From positions 1 to 35,618 of the forward strand of contig NIVC01004764.1 of assembly GCA_002269645.1 (NCBI GenBank): a DNA stretch of 35,618 nucleotides, read 5' to 3'. The notes beneath the pieces are model-generated. The model saw nothing but the letters and a program-made list of their open reading frames with translations. It had not been told where the DNA came from and did no database searches. Positions 1 through 10,549 of the stretch are shown here, in pieces. How positions within the stretch are numbered: position 1 is the stretch's first letter; each line of letters starts with the position of its first letter. Source of the stretch: Macrostomum lignano (Eukaryota). A program made the position numbers and the translations under genes.

Positions 1-1
1 G

Positions 2-802
2 TTGCTATGCGACTTTGTCAAGGTTAGCAACAGCTCGGAGGCGGCTCTGTACGCCGATCAGGACATCCAGAGCTCCATGGAGGCGCATTGAGACCATCGA
101 CTTTTCACAGGAGCTGGAGGTGAACGGCATCAAATTCACGGCCTATCACGCTGGTCACGTGCTCGGCGCCGCAATGTTTCTAATTGAGATAGCCGGAGTT
201 CGAATCCTGTACACGGGCGATTTCAGCCGGCAGGAGGACCGGCACCTGATGTCCGCCGAGCTGCCGCCCTGCCGACCAGACGTGCTCATCACCGAGTCCA
301 CCTACGGCACGCACATTCACGATAGGCGCGAGGAACGCGAAGCCCGATTCGTTGGTTTAGTGCACGATATTGTTGCTAGGGGCGGTCGGTGCCTGATACC
401 GGCGTTCGCCCTGGGCCGAGCCCAGGAGCTCATGCTCATCCTAGACGAATACTGGAGCCTGCACCCCGAGCTGCACCGCATCCCAATCTATTACGCGTCC
501 CAGCTGGCTAAGAAATGCATGGCAGTCTATCAGACTTATATTCACGCTATGAACGAATCTGTGCGCAATAAAATTGTCAATAACAATCCATTCGTGTTCA
601 AGCACATCAGCAACTTGCGCAATGTGGACATCTATGTTGACAGCGGGCCGTGCGTTATCATGGCCTCGCCTGGCATGATGCAGAACGGCCTGTCTCGCGA
701 ACTATTCGAGAACTGGTGCACAGACAAGCGCAATGGCGTCATCATTGCCGGTACTGCGTTGAAGGCACCCTAGCCAAGCAGATTCTCAGCCATCCGCAGG
801 AG
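2..802 (+). CDS. CPSF3: CPSF73 endonuclease, internal exon (metallo-beta-lactamase and beta-CASP region). 5' part lies outside the window. Two 1-nt frameshifts at about 83 and about 751.
   Basis: Frame from base 2 reads [17 protein letters not shown]. The frame from 84 reads [72 protein letters not shown]. The frame from 752 reads [17 protein letters not shown]. All match CPSF73 as I recall it. Donor GAG|GTGGCA at 803. Confidence 0.95.
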
Positions 803-844
803 GTGGCAACGTTCTCCCAACTATTTCATAGAAACTGACCAGCT

Positions 845-1515
845 ACTGAACAGAATTCCCCCACATTCCCCGCCGAGCTATTGAACAGATTTCTCCCATA
901 TTCCCCAGAGATATTGAGCATAATTTCCCCACATTCCCCACAGAGATACTTAACAGAATTCTCCCACATTCCCCACAGAGATATTAAACAGAATTCTCCC
1001 ACATTCCCCACAGAGATATTAAACAGAATTCTCCCACATTCCCACAGAGATATTGGATAGCACTCCCCCACATTCCCACAGAGACACTGGACGGAATTCC
1101 AACACATTCCCCACAGAGGTATTGGACGGAATCTCCCCACATTCCCCACAGAGGTATTGAACGGAATTCCCCCACATTCCCCACAGAGGTATTGGACGGA
1201 ATCCCCCACATTCCCACAGAGATATTGGATAGCACTCCCCACATTCCCCACAGAGACACTGGACGGAATCCCCCCACATTCCCCACAGAGGTATTGGACG
1301 GAATCTCCCCCCATTCCCCACAGAGGTATTAAACGGAATTCCCCCACATTCCCCACAGAGGTATTGGACGGAATCCCCCCACATTCCCCACAGAGGTATT
1401 GGACGGAATCTCCCCCCATTCCCCACAGAGGTATTGAACGGAATTCCCCCACATTCCTAACAGAGGTATTGAACGGAATTCCCCACATTCCTCACAGAGG
1501 TATTGAACGGAATTT
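845..1515. repeat. Minisatellite, 34-36 bp unit (ATTCCCCACAGAGGTATTGGACGGAATCCCCCCAC), filling CPSF3 intron 803-1604
   Basis: Tandem copies, e.g. at 1106, 1141 and 1176. Confidence 0.95.
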
Positions 1516-1604
1516 CTTCGTATCACAAGATGTTGAACGGAATGGCCTCCACATTTACTAGCTAGCTAATTCCACACTGATCTAACCAATCAACCAACCC
1601 ACAG

Positions 1605-2186
1605 GTGACCACAATGTCCGGCCAGACGCTGCCGCTAAAGTGCTCAGTAGACTACGTATCTTTCTCGGCTCACACGGACTACCAGCAGACGTCTGAGTTT
1701 ATTCGCGACCTGCGTCCGGCGCACATCGTGCTGGTGCACGGCGAGCAGAACGAGATGCTGCGGCTTCGCTCCGCCCTGCTGCGCCAGTACGAGGACGAGC
1801 CCGACTACCGCCTGGACATTTTCACGCCCAAGAACTGCGAATCCGTCTCGTTGCATTTCCGCGGCGAGAAAACTGCCAAAGTGGTTGGCAGTTTGGCTAA
1901 ATCAGCCCCTACTGAGGGCCAGCCTCTGTCCGGCATCTTAATGAAGAAGAATTTCAGCTATCATCTGGTGCACGAGACTGATTTGCCTACGTATACGGAC
2001 CTGGCTACTAGCGAGGTTACTCAGCGAATGGCTGTGCATTTCAGCATGCCGCCTAGCCTATTGTACTTTCATCTGGCTGTGGTGGCCGGCTCAGTTGAAA
2101 CTGTCAGGCAGAAGGGTGATTGTCACGTCTACCGCGTGTTCCAGTGCGTCACCGTTACCTGGGAGCCGCGCCAGGTTCTAATTGAG
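1605..2186 (+). CDS. CPSF3: CPSF73 internal exon
   Basis: Acceptor CCACAG at 1604. Reads VTTMSGQTLPLKCSVDYVSFSAHTDYQQTSEF..LVHGEQNEM..FRGEKTAKV. Donor GAG|GTGAGT at 2187. Confidence 0.95.
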
Positions 2187-2237
2187 GTGAGTTAATATTG
2201 GCTTATTAATTGTCTGAATGCTTTGTGTTTTTGTGGT

Positions 2238-2765
2238 GTTGCTATGCTGTTAAGATGCTTCCTTACTTTGTTGCTATGCTGTTAAGATGCTTCCTTACTT
2301 TGTTGCTATGCTGTTGGGATGCTTCCTTACTTTGTTGCTATGCTGTTAAGATGCTTCCTTACTTTGTTGCTATGCTGTTAAGATGCTTCCTTACTTTGTT
2401 GCTATGCTGTTGGGATGCTTCCTTACTTTGTTGCTATGCTGTTGGGATGCTTCCTTACTTTGTTGCTATGCTGTTAAGATGCTTCCTTACTTTGTTGCTA
2501 TGCTGTTAAGATGCTTCCTTACTTTGTTGCTATGCTGTTAAGATGCTTCCTTACTTTGTTGCTATGCTGTTGGGATGCTTCCTTACTTTGTTGCTATGCT
2601 GTTGGGATGCTTCCTTACTTTGTTGCTATGCTGTTGGGATGCTTCCTTACTTTGTTGCTATGCTGTTAAGATTCTTCCTTACTTTGTTGCTATGCTGTTA
2701 AGATGCTTCCTTACTTTGTTGCTATGCTGTTGGGATGCTTCCGTACTTTGTTGCTATGCTGTTGC
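2238..2765. repeat. Minisatellite, 32 bp unit (GTTGCTATGCTGTTAAGATGCTTCCTTACTTT), in CPSF3 intron 2187-2911
   Basis: About 16 near-identical copies; TAA/TGG variants. Confidence 0.97.
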
Positions 2766-2911
2766 GCTGTTGCTATGCTCTCAAAATTCGTTTCTATACT
2801 GATTGATAAAAAGACGGTCTCCGTTGCTATGGGTTGGAAAACGGCAATTATTATACTATACACTGATAACGCCCCTACCCCAGCTAAGCACTCCACTCTG
2901 CCCATCTCCAG

Positions 2912-3295
2912 TGGCAGTCCAACCCGGTCAGCGACATGTTCGCCGACGCCGTGCAGACGGTGATCCTGAAGGCCGAGCTGGAGGGCATGCCCTGGCAGAG
3001 CGTGCCAGCCCCGGCCAGGCAAGACAGCACCGCGTTTCGCACCGCCCTGTTGGAAACTCTGTCCGAGATGTTCGGCCCGGACAGCGTGCAGGGCCGGCCG
3101 GATCCCAGGAAGAGCGGCCTGACCTTTCAGCTGGTGGTGCGCAACCGTCAGGTTGAGGTGGACACCGGACGGCTGACGGCCACCTGCGAAGAGGACGCCC
3201 CGCTGCAGCAGCTGGTGCGCACCGTCATTAATAGACTGCGCCAGGTGCTCCTGCCGCCGCTGCGTCAGCTGGAAGAGGCTCAGGCAGCATCCTGA
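2912..3295 (+). CDS. CPSF3: CPSF73 last exon (C-terminal CPSF73-100_C region)
   Basis: Acceptor CTCCAG at 2911, phase 0. WQSNPVSDMFADAVQTVIL matches WLANPSNDMYADTVTTVIL of the human protein (recalled). Stop TGA at 3293-3295. Confidence 0.92.
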   Translation, partial: WQSNPVSDMFADAVQTVILKAELEGMPWQSVPAPARQDSTAFRTALLETLSEMFGPDSVQGRPDPRKSGLTFQLVVRNRQVEVDTGRLTATCEEDAPLQQLVRTVINRLRQVLLPPLRQLEEAQAAS

Positions 3296-3556
3296 CTTTG
3301 AAGTGAACCTTTTTTATTTGTGCTGTATTTCTAGTATCGTGAATATGACGCAGCTGGCTTCAATTTTCCACTAGAATTTGTTGCGATTTCCCGTCTCCAA
3401 TTGTGCACGCTTATGCCGTAATAGTTCATGTTGTTAATGTAAGCATTTATAGACTGTTCCAGTTCTATTTAATGCTGCTAATCTTAATGTCGACTCTACC
3501 TAGACAGGTATTTTTCCAATCAGTCAGCACATTCGCTTAAGTTCTTGTTGCGTTTA

Positions 3557-3562
3557 AATAAA
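3557..3562 (+). terminator. Candidate polyadenylation signal of CPSF3
   Basis: AATAAA about 260 nt after the stop, in AT-rich sequence. Confidence 0.45.
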
Positions 3563-3769
3563 CTAAGACCCGGTTGCTAAAACGTCGCACAAAAATCGAA
3601 CTTCAAGTTATTTTAAACAATACGCTCGTATGTATTATAAACTTCCTACACCAAATTTACACACTTTCTATATCAGACCCTTAATCCTAATGTTGTACAA
3701 TCACTCTCGACCAGCTGCCTAAACTTAATGTGCGAGCGTAAGCTTCGTTTCCTATTAGCTTCCTAACCC

Positions 3770-4105
3770 CACTGTACACTCCCTGCTAACATCCTACCCC
3801 CTGTACAATCCCTCCCTGCCAAATTCCTACCCCTAATGTACACTCTCTCCCTGCCACTTCCTACCCCCAATGTACACTCTCTCCCTGCCACTTCCTACCC
3901 CCAATGTACACTCTCTCCCTGCCACTTCCTACCCCTAATGTACACTCTCTCCCTGCCACTTCCTACCCCTAATGTACACTCTCCCTGCCAAATTCCTACC
4001 CCCAATGTACACTCTCTCCCTGCCACTTCCTACCCCTAATGTACACTCTCTCCCTGCCACTTCCTACCCCAATGTACACTCTCTCCCTGCCAAATTCCTA
4101 CCCCG
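3770..4105. repeat. Minisatellite, 34 bp unit (AATGTACACTCTCTCCCTGCCACTTCCTACCCCC)
   Basis: Copies at 3835, 3869 and onward; degenerate left edge. Confidence 0.95.
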
Positions 4106-4277
4106 ATGAAAACTCCAGACTAGCTTCTTACCTGACCCCATTGTAACAGCAAACTTTTTCTCATATTATTACTCAGAAACGTACTAAACTGTCAACTTTT
4201 AATGAATCATCTAATTTGCTTAAATAAACTTTTCTGTACAACAACCTTGATACGCGCACACCACAATCCTTTGCAGC

Positions 4278-4391
4278 ATGCTGCAAAATATAGTGGAAAA
4301 GCTGAAGAAGCTGGGCAGCCGGGATGGAGCTGAAGGAACTTCCATGACCTTTGACATTAATGAGCCCGTTATTGTCAACGTTTACGATATG
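4278..4391 (+). CDS. DESI2: PPPDE-family deSUMOylase/deubiquitinase, exon 1
   Basis: ATG..EPVIVNVYDM, then donor ATG|GTAAGT at 4392. VxVNVYDM is the family N-terminal motif. Confidence 0.88.
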
Positions 4392-4502
4392 GTAAGTTCC
4401 TCAATCTCCAGAGAGTTGCCCTTCCATGCAGCACCCCAATCAGTGTATAAATGTACACAAATTTAAGTTTAACTGATTTATATCCAAAAACCGAACTCGC
4501 AG

Positions 4503-4949
4503 TACTGGACAAACGGCTATACCAACAACCTCGGAGTAGGCATCTATCACTCAGGCGTACAGGTGTACAATCGAGAGTACACCTACGGCGGGCACCCGTC
4601 GGAAACCTCCGGCATATTCACCATCGCGCCGCAGAACGCCGAAGAGCTTGGCGAGAATTTCAAATTGAAAACCAGCATACCGCTGGGCTGCACCCACCTG
4701 TCGCAGGAGGAAATCGACGAGGTCATGGTTAATCTCGGGCAGAAATTCACCGGCAAGGATTATCACCTGACTAGACAGAATTGCAATCACTTCTCCAATA
4801 ACATGCTGGCTATTATCTGCAATTCCTCGCTGCCCAAGTGGGTTAACAGGTTGGCCACGGTCAGCACTACTGTGCCATTCATTGAACGGGCCATTCCCAA
4901 GGAGTGGCTGCGACCGCAGGACGGCTCCGAGCTCGATGACGAGTTCTAG
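4503..4949 (+). CDS. DESI2: PPPDE-family deSUMOylase/deubiquitinase, exon 2. Spliced protein is 186 aa.
   Basis: Acceptor TCGCAG at 4502. Reads YWTNGYTNNLGVGIYHSGVQVYNREYTYGGHP (catalytic His) and YHLTRQNCNHFS (catalytic Cys), then PKWVNRLA..PKEWL. Stop TAG. Confidence 0.93.
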   Translation, partial: YWTNGYTNNLGVGIYHSGVQVYNREYTYGGHPSETSGIFTIAPQNAEELGENFKLKTSIPLGCTHLSQEEIDEVMVNLGQKFTGKDYHLTRQNCNHFSNNMLAIICNSSLPKWVNRLATVSTTVPFIERAIPKEWLRPQDGSELDDEF

Positions 4950-5059
4950 CGACTGACATAGCGACTTGGAGGGGGGCACCGCGTGGTTCTGTGTTTTGCT
5001 TTTCTTGCTGCGGTTAATGTGGAGTTGGCAACAGTTGCTTCACTTGCTGTCATAGCATT

Positions 5060-5725
5060 CCCTCTCCTCCCCTCTCCTTACCTTTCCTCTCTCTCTCCCC
5101 TCTCCTCCCTCTCCTCCTCCCCCTCCCTCTCCTTACCTTTCCTCTCTTTCTCTCCCCTCTCCTCCCCTCTCCTCCTCCCCTTCCCCTCTCCTTACCTTTC
5201 CTCTCTTTCTCTCCCCTCTCCTCCCCTCTCCTCCTCCCCCTCCCCTCTCCTTACCTTTCCTCTCTTTCTCTCCCCTCTCCTCCCCTCTCCTCCTCCCCTT
5301 CCCCTCTCCTTACCTTTCCTCTCTTTCTCTCCCCTCCCTCTCCTCCTCCCCTTCCCCTCTCCTTACCTTTCCTCTCTTTCTCTCCCCTCTCCTCCCCTCT
5401 CCTCCTCCCCCTCCCCTCTCCTTACCTTTCCTCTCTTTCTCTCCCCTCTCCTCCCCTCTCCTCCTCCCCCTCCCCTCTCCTTACCTTTCCTCTCTTTCTC
5501 TCCCCTCTCCTCCCCTCTCCTCCTCCCCTTCCCCTCTCCTTACCTTTCCTCTCTTTCTCTCCCCTCTCCTCCCCTCTCCTCCTCCCCCCCCTCTCCTTAC
5601 CTTTCCTCTCTTTCTCTCCCCTCCCCTCCCCTCTCCTCCTCCCTCCCTCTCCTTACCTTTCCTCTCTTCCTCTACCCTCTCCTCCCCTCCTTCCTCTCTC
5701 TTCTCTCTCCCTCCATCTCCTTCCG
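5060..5725. repeat. Polypyrimidine minisatellite, about 59 bp unit
   Basis: TTACCTTTCC recurs at 5133, 5192, 5251 and 5310; almost only C/T. Confidence 0.95.
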
Positions 5726-5812
5726 TCCTTTATCTAGGAGATCAGTATCTCTCATTCAGTCTTACATGTATATTAGCTGATTTAATTTGTAGAAGAATGA
5801 AATATTTAGTAG

Positions 5813-5921
<109 letters not shown>

Positions 5922-6999
5922 TCTCCTTTGTTGCGCAGTGGTGTTTTGGTCTGTTATTAGTGGCCGATGCGTTTACAGATAGCCGCTAGACGAATGAATG
6001 AATTACAGAATGATGGCAGTGTTCACTTATTAATTGCTAAAGCTTCTTACATATAATAATGTTTTGTTTTCAGTCCAGGAATTCATTCCTTTGTCTTAAT
6101 ACGGCTGGATTAGCCCCGGATTTCTGTTAAAATTGTTTCCACTACTTTTCCAAAAAAAGCGTAGATAACTATTTCTGTTTCATACTACTTATACATGCAG
6201 TATAGTAGAATATATTATAATCGTTGTCAAAAATGTAGATTTTTCTGCTTTCTCCACGCCACTGGTCCTTGCAATTTGTTTTGTTATCCAGATAAATAAA
6301 CAATTTCACTTATACCTAATCAGTATTGATATCTGAACTGTTTCCTGAGATGTATTGCGATATGGATAACCCTAACCACTAAATTAATGGCCAGTGCTTC
6401 TTCTATTGAAATACATTACTCGATACTTTATATAAACTCAGTTCCATGCGCAACAAGCTACTTAAAGTAGGCGTTACTACAACTTGCCTCACCTATGCAC
6501 AAGTGTACAATCAACCCATCAATCTCCGTGCGCGTATGCGACACCTGTTCCGTGCTTTCCTAGTTGTGCTCCCCCTATATATTGCCCCATATTCCAGTCT
6601 GTCATGACTAATTTGTGTGTATTGTTACTTCTGGCTGACTTATGTCTGTACTTTTCTGTTTAAACAGATTTCGGTTAATATTATTTAAGATCTCTGACAA
6701 CTATGCAAAAATTATCTATGCCACTTATTTTTTTAATTAGATTGTACTTTCTTGTTCTTGTATATTAGTTTTGTGCAAGACCAGTCTTTTTCAATATGTA
6801 TGCATTGCTTTTAAAAGTATTAAATTGCATGTTACGTTTTTTATTTAGGTCGTATTCCAAATTGGTTATTTTATATATTTTTTAATTTCATCAATGCCCA
6901 GTTGGCCGGGTTCTTTTTAAATAATATATTTATACTAATGCGTGCAGTTGCAATGCAATGCAGCCTGTAGTGTTACCGATCAAGTGGGTGGCAAGGCTG

Positions 7000-7460
7000 T
7001 CAGATGATCATTGGGACTCTTTCAGATGATCCTTGGGACTGTCAGATGATCCTTGGGACTGTCAGATTATCCTTGGGACTGTTAGATGATCCTTGGGACT
7101 GTCAGATGATCCTTGGGACTGTTAGATGATCCTTGGGACTGTCAGATGATCCTTGGGACTGTTAGATGATCCTTGGGACTGTCAGATGATCCTTGGGACT
7201 GTCAGATGATCCTTGGGACTGTCAGATGATCCTTGGGACTTTCAGATGATCATTGGGACTCTTTCAGATGATCCTTGGGACTTTCAGATGATCATTGGGA
7301 CTCTTTCAGATGATCCTTGGGACTTTCAGATGATCCTTGGGACTGTCAGATGATTTTTGGGACTGTCAGATGATCATTGGGAGTGTCAGATGATCATTGG
7401 GATTGTCAGATGATCATTGGGACTGTCAGATGATCCTTGGGACTGTCAGATGATCATTGA
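7000..7460. repeat. Minisatellite, 20 bp unit (TCAGATGATCCTTGGGACTG)
   Basis: About 22 copies. Confidence 0.97.
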
Positions 7461-7973
7461 GACAGATCCTATAAGTGTCAGTAAAATCTTAATGTCGCCA
7501 GAAGATCTTTGAAGTGCCAGCAGGTCCCAAGTACGCTAGCAGTCAGCAGATGGCACTTAAATTATGCACATTTACAGTCTGAGGCTTATCCATTGCGCTT
7601 TGCTTACTATACTACTGAACTGCTTCTTAGCTAAAAATATTCAGTGATGTATATTTCGTGTAATCTCTTATGCTTACATTATGCAGAATGTCTAGTAGTA
7701 GCGTCCATCTTGTCTATTACAGTTAGTTATTGTCTTTTACAAACCTATCTCCCCTTGCCCAGCAGCCCCGCGCCCCGCCTTTCTGCAATAATACTAAATA
7801 ATAATAATGCCACACACCGTCAGCTGAATCTTGTCGGCTGCCTGCTCTCAACACGAGACTAACGCAGCTCACGTTCTTGTTTTAGACCAGCTAATTATAC
7901 TATTACATCTGCATCGGCTTCATTTCGATACTTTGGAAACAAAATTTTGTTGTTATTTTTTTGCTAATTTAGC

Positions 7974-8365
7974 GTCTGCAGCCTGGCCACCAGTGACCCC
8001 ACTGTGTCTGCAGCCTGGCCACCAGGGACCCACAGTGTGTCTGCAGCCTGGCCACCAGTGACCCACAGTGTGTCTGCAGCCTGGCAACCAGTGACCCACA
8101 GTGTGTCTGCAGCCTGGCCACCAGTGACCCCACAGTGTGTCTGCAGCCTGGCCACCAGTGACCCACAGTGTGTTTGCAGCCTGGACACCAGTGACCCCAC
8201 AGTGTGTCTGCAGCCTGGCCACCAGTGACCCACAGTGTGTTTGCAGCCTGGACACCAGTGACCCCACAGTGTGTCTGCAGCCTGGCCACCAGTGACCCAC
8301 AGTGTGTTTGCAGCCTGGACACCAGTGACCCCACAGTGTGTCTGCAGCCTGGCCACCAGTGACCC
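7974..8365. repeat. Minisatellite, 33-34 bp unit (GTGTCTGCAGCCTGGCCACCAGTGACCCACAGT)
   Basis: About 11 copies; ends about 25 nt before the DUF1294-like ATG. Confidence 0.97.
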
Positions 8366-8389
8366 TATTCTATTCCTCATCTACCTCTG

Positions 8390-8932
8390 ATGTCGTCGCA
8401 ATCGACTCAGCAGTTGCTAAGCAACGGCAGCGACGCGGTAACCCAACAGCAGACAGACGTTGGCACGCTGATCGTGGGTCGCAACGGCCGGCTGCAATGG
8501 CCAGATGAAACTGAGCAGGATGAAGATTCGCACCGATGTTTCCCCAAATTCTGGCAGCTGTGCTCCCTGCTAGCCCTGTGCCTGTTGAGTTTCACGTCGG
8601 CAGCTCTGGTGTACAAGACTGCGTGGCTGAGCCAGCACGGCAAGGCCTGTGTATTGCTGGGCTACTTCGGTGGCCACTCCGCCGCCAGCCTGGCCGCTGT
8701 TGCCATCGATCGCTGCTTGAAATTCGCCGCTCAGCCTCGGCGACGTTCTTCCTATCGAGTTGGCGACGCCTCGCTGCATCTGCTGTCATTTTTTGGCGGC
8801 GCGATTGGCACTTTGATTGGCATGCTGCTGTGCTGTCACCGGGTTAAACGGCTGACCTTCATTGTCATTACGCTTCTTCTGGTGCCATGCAATGCCTTCT
8901 GGCTGCTACTGGCTCTGCTTGTCCTCACGTGA
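8390..8932 (+). CDS. DUF1294/YsdA-like multi-pass membrane protein, apparently intronless
   Basis: GC-rich 180-aa non-repetitive ORF with several hydrophobic helices. AIDR..YRVGDASLHLLSFFGGAIGTLIGMLLCCHRVKRLTF resembles the DUF1294 pattern DK..WRIxExxLHLLxLLGGxxGAxxxxxxxRHKxxKxxF, matched by eye. Confidence 0.7.
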   Translation: MSSQSTQQLLSNGSDAVTQQQTDVGTLIVGRNGRLQWPDETEQDEDSHRCFPKFWQLCSLLALCLLSFTSAALVYKTAWLSQHGKACVLLGYFGGHSAASLAAVAIDRCLKFAAQPRRRSSYRVGDASLHLLSFFGGAIGTLIGMLLCCHRVKRLTFIVITLLLVPCNAFWLLLALLVLT

Positions 8933-8959
8933 AGCACTTGAAGCTTGCCAGACTGTTTC

Positions 8960-9885
8960 ATCTAAAGGAATGTTGGTCATTCCTTGATTGGTCATAAAGG
9001 GTGTCTGTCGGTCATTCTTCAATTGTTCATAAAAGGACAAATGTCGGTCATTCTTCAATTGGTCATAAAGGGAGTGTTGGTCCTTCTTCAATTGGTCATA
9101 AAGGGAGTGTCGGTCCTTCAATTAATCATAAAAGGACAGTGTTGGTCATTCTTCAATTAATCATAAAGTGACAGTGTTGGTCATTCTTCAATTAATCATA
9201 AAGGGACAGTGTTGGTCATTCTTCAATTAATCATAAAGGGACAGTGTTGGTCATTCTTCAATTAATCATAAAGGGACAGTGTTGGTCATTCTTCAATTAA
9301 TCATAAATGGACAGTGTCGGTCATTCTTCATTTGGTCATAAAGGGAGTGTTGGTCCTTCTTCAATTGGTCATAAAGGGAGTGTCGGTCCTTCAATTAATC
9401 ATAAAAGGACAGTGTTGGTCATTCTTCAATTAATCATAAAAGAACAGTGTTGGTCATTCTTCAATTAATCATAAAGATACAGTGTCGGTCATTCTTCAAT
9501 TAATCATAAAAGAACAGTGTTGGTTATTCTTCAATTAATCATAAATGGACAGTGTCGGTCGTTCTTCAATTAATCATAAAGGGACAGTGTCGGTCATTCT
9601 TCATTTGGTCATAAAGGGAGTGTTGGTCCTTCTTCAATTGGTCATAAAGGGAGTGTCGGTCCTTCAATTAATCATAAAGGGACAGTGTCGGTCATTCTTC
9701 ATTTGGTCATAAAAGCGGTGTGTCGGTCATTCTTCAATCAATCATAAAAGGAGTGTTGGTCATTCTTCAATTAATCATAAAGGGACAATGTCTGCCATTC
9801 TTCAATTGGTCATAAAGAGACAGTGTCGGTCATTCTTCAATTGGTCACAAAGGGATATTGTCGGTCATTCTTCGATTGATCATAC
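8960..9885. repeat. Minisatellite, 35 bp unit (GGTCATTCTTCAATTAATCATAAAGGGACAGTGTT), with a 273 bp higher-order repeat
   Basis: The 33+30 bp variant pair recurs at 9061, 9334 and 9607. Confidence 0.95.
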
Positions 9886-10549
9886 AAAGGGAGGGTTTAG
9901 CTCTAATAGAAATGTTTTATACGAGCTTGCGACTCGGACTGTAAGTACATTAAGTACGTTTTGTACATTAGCATTAAACAGCTTCGATGACATTCCAGTG
10001 CACTGTTTCTTGACTGAAATGTATTATTCAAATTGTGACTACTTGAAGATTTGTACACAATTTTATTTTCAGTAGCGTAATATATAGTATTCATAGATTT
10101 TATTCTAGAATTCTCATTTAAATATATGTTTGTTTTTGTGTGTATGATTCTGTCTACTAGTAGTCTGTTTGGCGTATCTTTTTTCTTTCTATCTATGCTT
10201 TTGCCGAGTGAAAAATGATTTTCGATTGTTGGCTCTAATTGCTTTCTATTCATTTTCTAATGAAATATAAATACCTACCAGCTCATTTACGTGGTTTCCA
10301 CACCTTATAGTGGGGGTATCAAGTTGTGTGCCTCATTGACTAGCAAAACAATGAATTGTTTGATCTGTATTTATTTTGCTTGGTGAATAAAATATTTTTA
10401 CTACGTTTAGTCTATTATTATAGATGTATTTTACTCAGAACGTTTTAAATAAGATAAGTGCAAGGTTTGTCAAGGAATCTGGCCATTGGTTAGTTTATTT
10501 ATCATTCAAGGGATTCCCTTGATTAGGCAATTGAGCAGTTAACTAGTAT

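Noticed and set aside
1-10. Window start GTTGCTATGC equals part of the intron-2 minisatellite unit
   Set aside because: Here it encodes conserved (W)LLC of CPSF3, so it is a coincidental 10-mer.
2809-2820. AAAGACGGTCTC resembles the 5' part of the Macrostomum spliced leader as I recall it
   Set aside because: Only about 12 nt, recalled from memory and unverified. The rest of the leader, the donor and the Sm site are absent, and it lies inside a CPSF3 intron.
6364-6376. TAACCCTAACC telomere-like seed
   Set aside because: Fewer than two full units; expected by chance.
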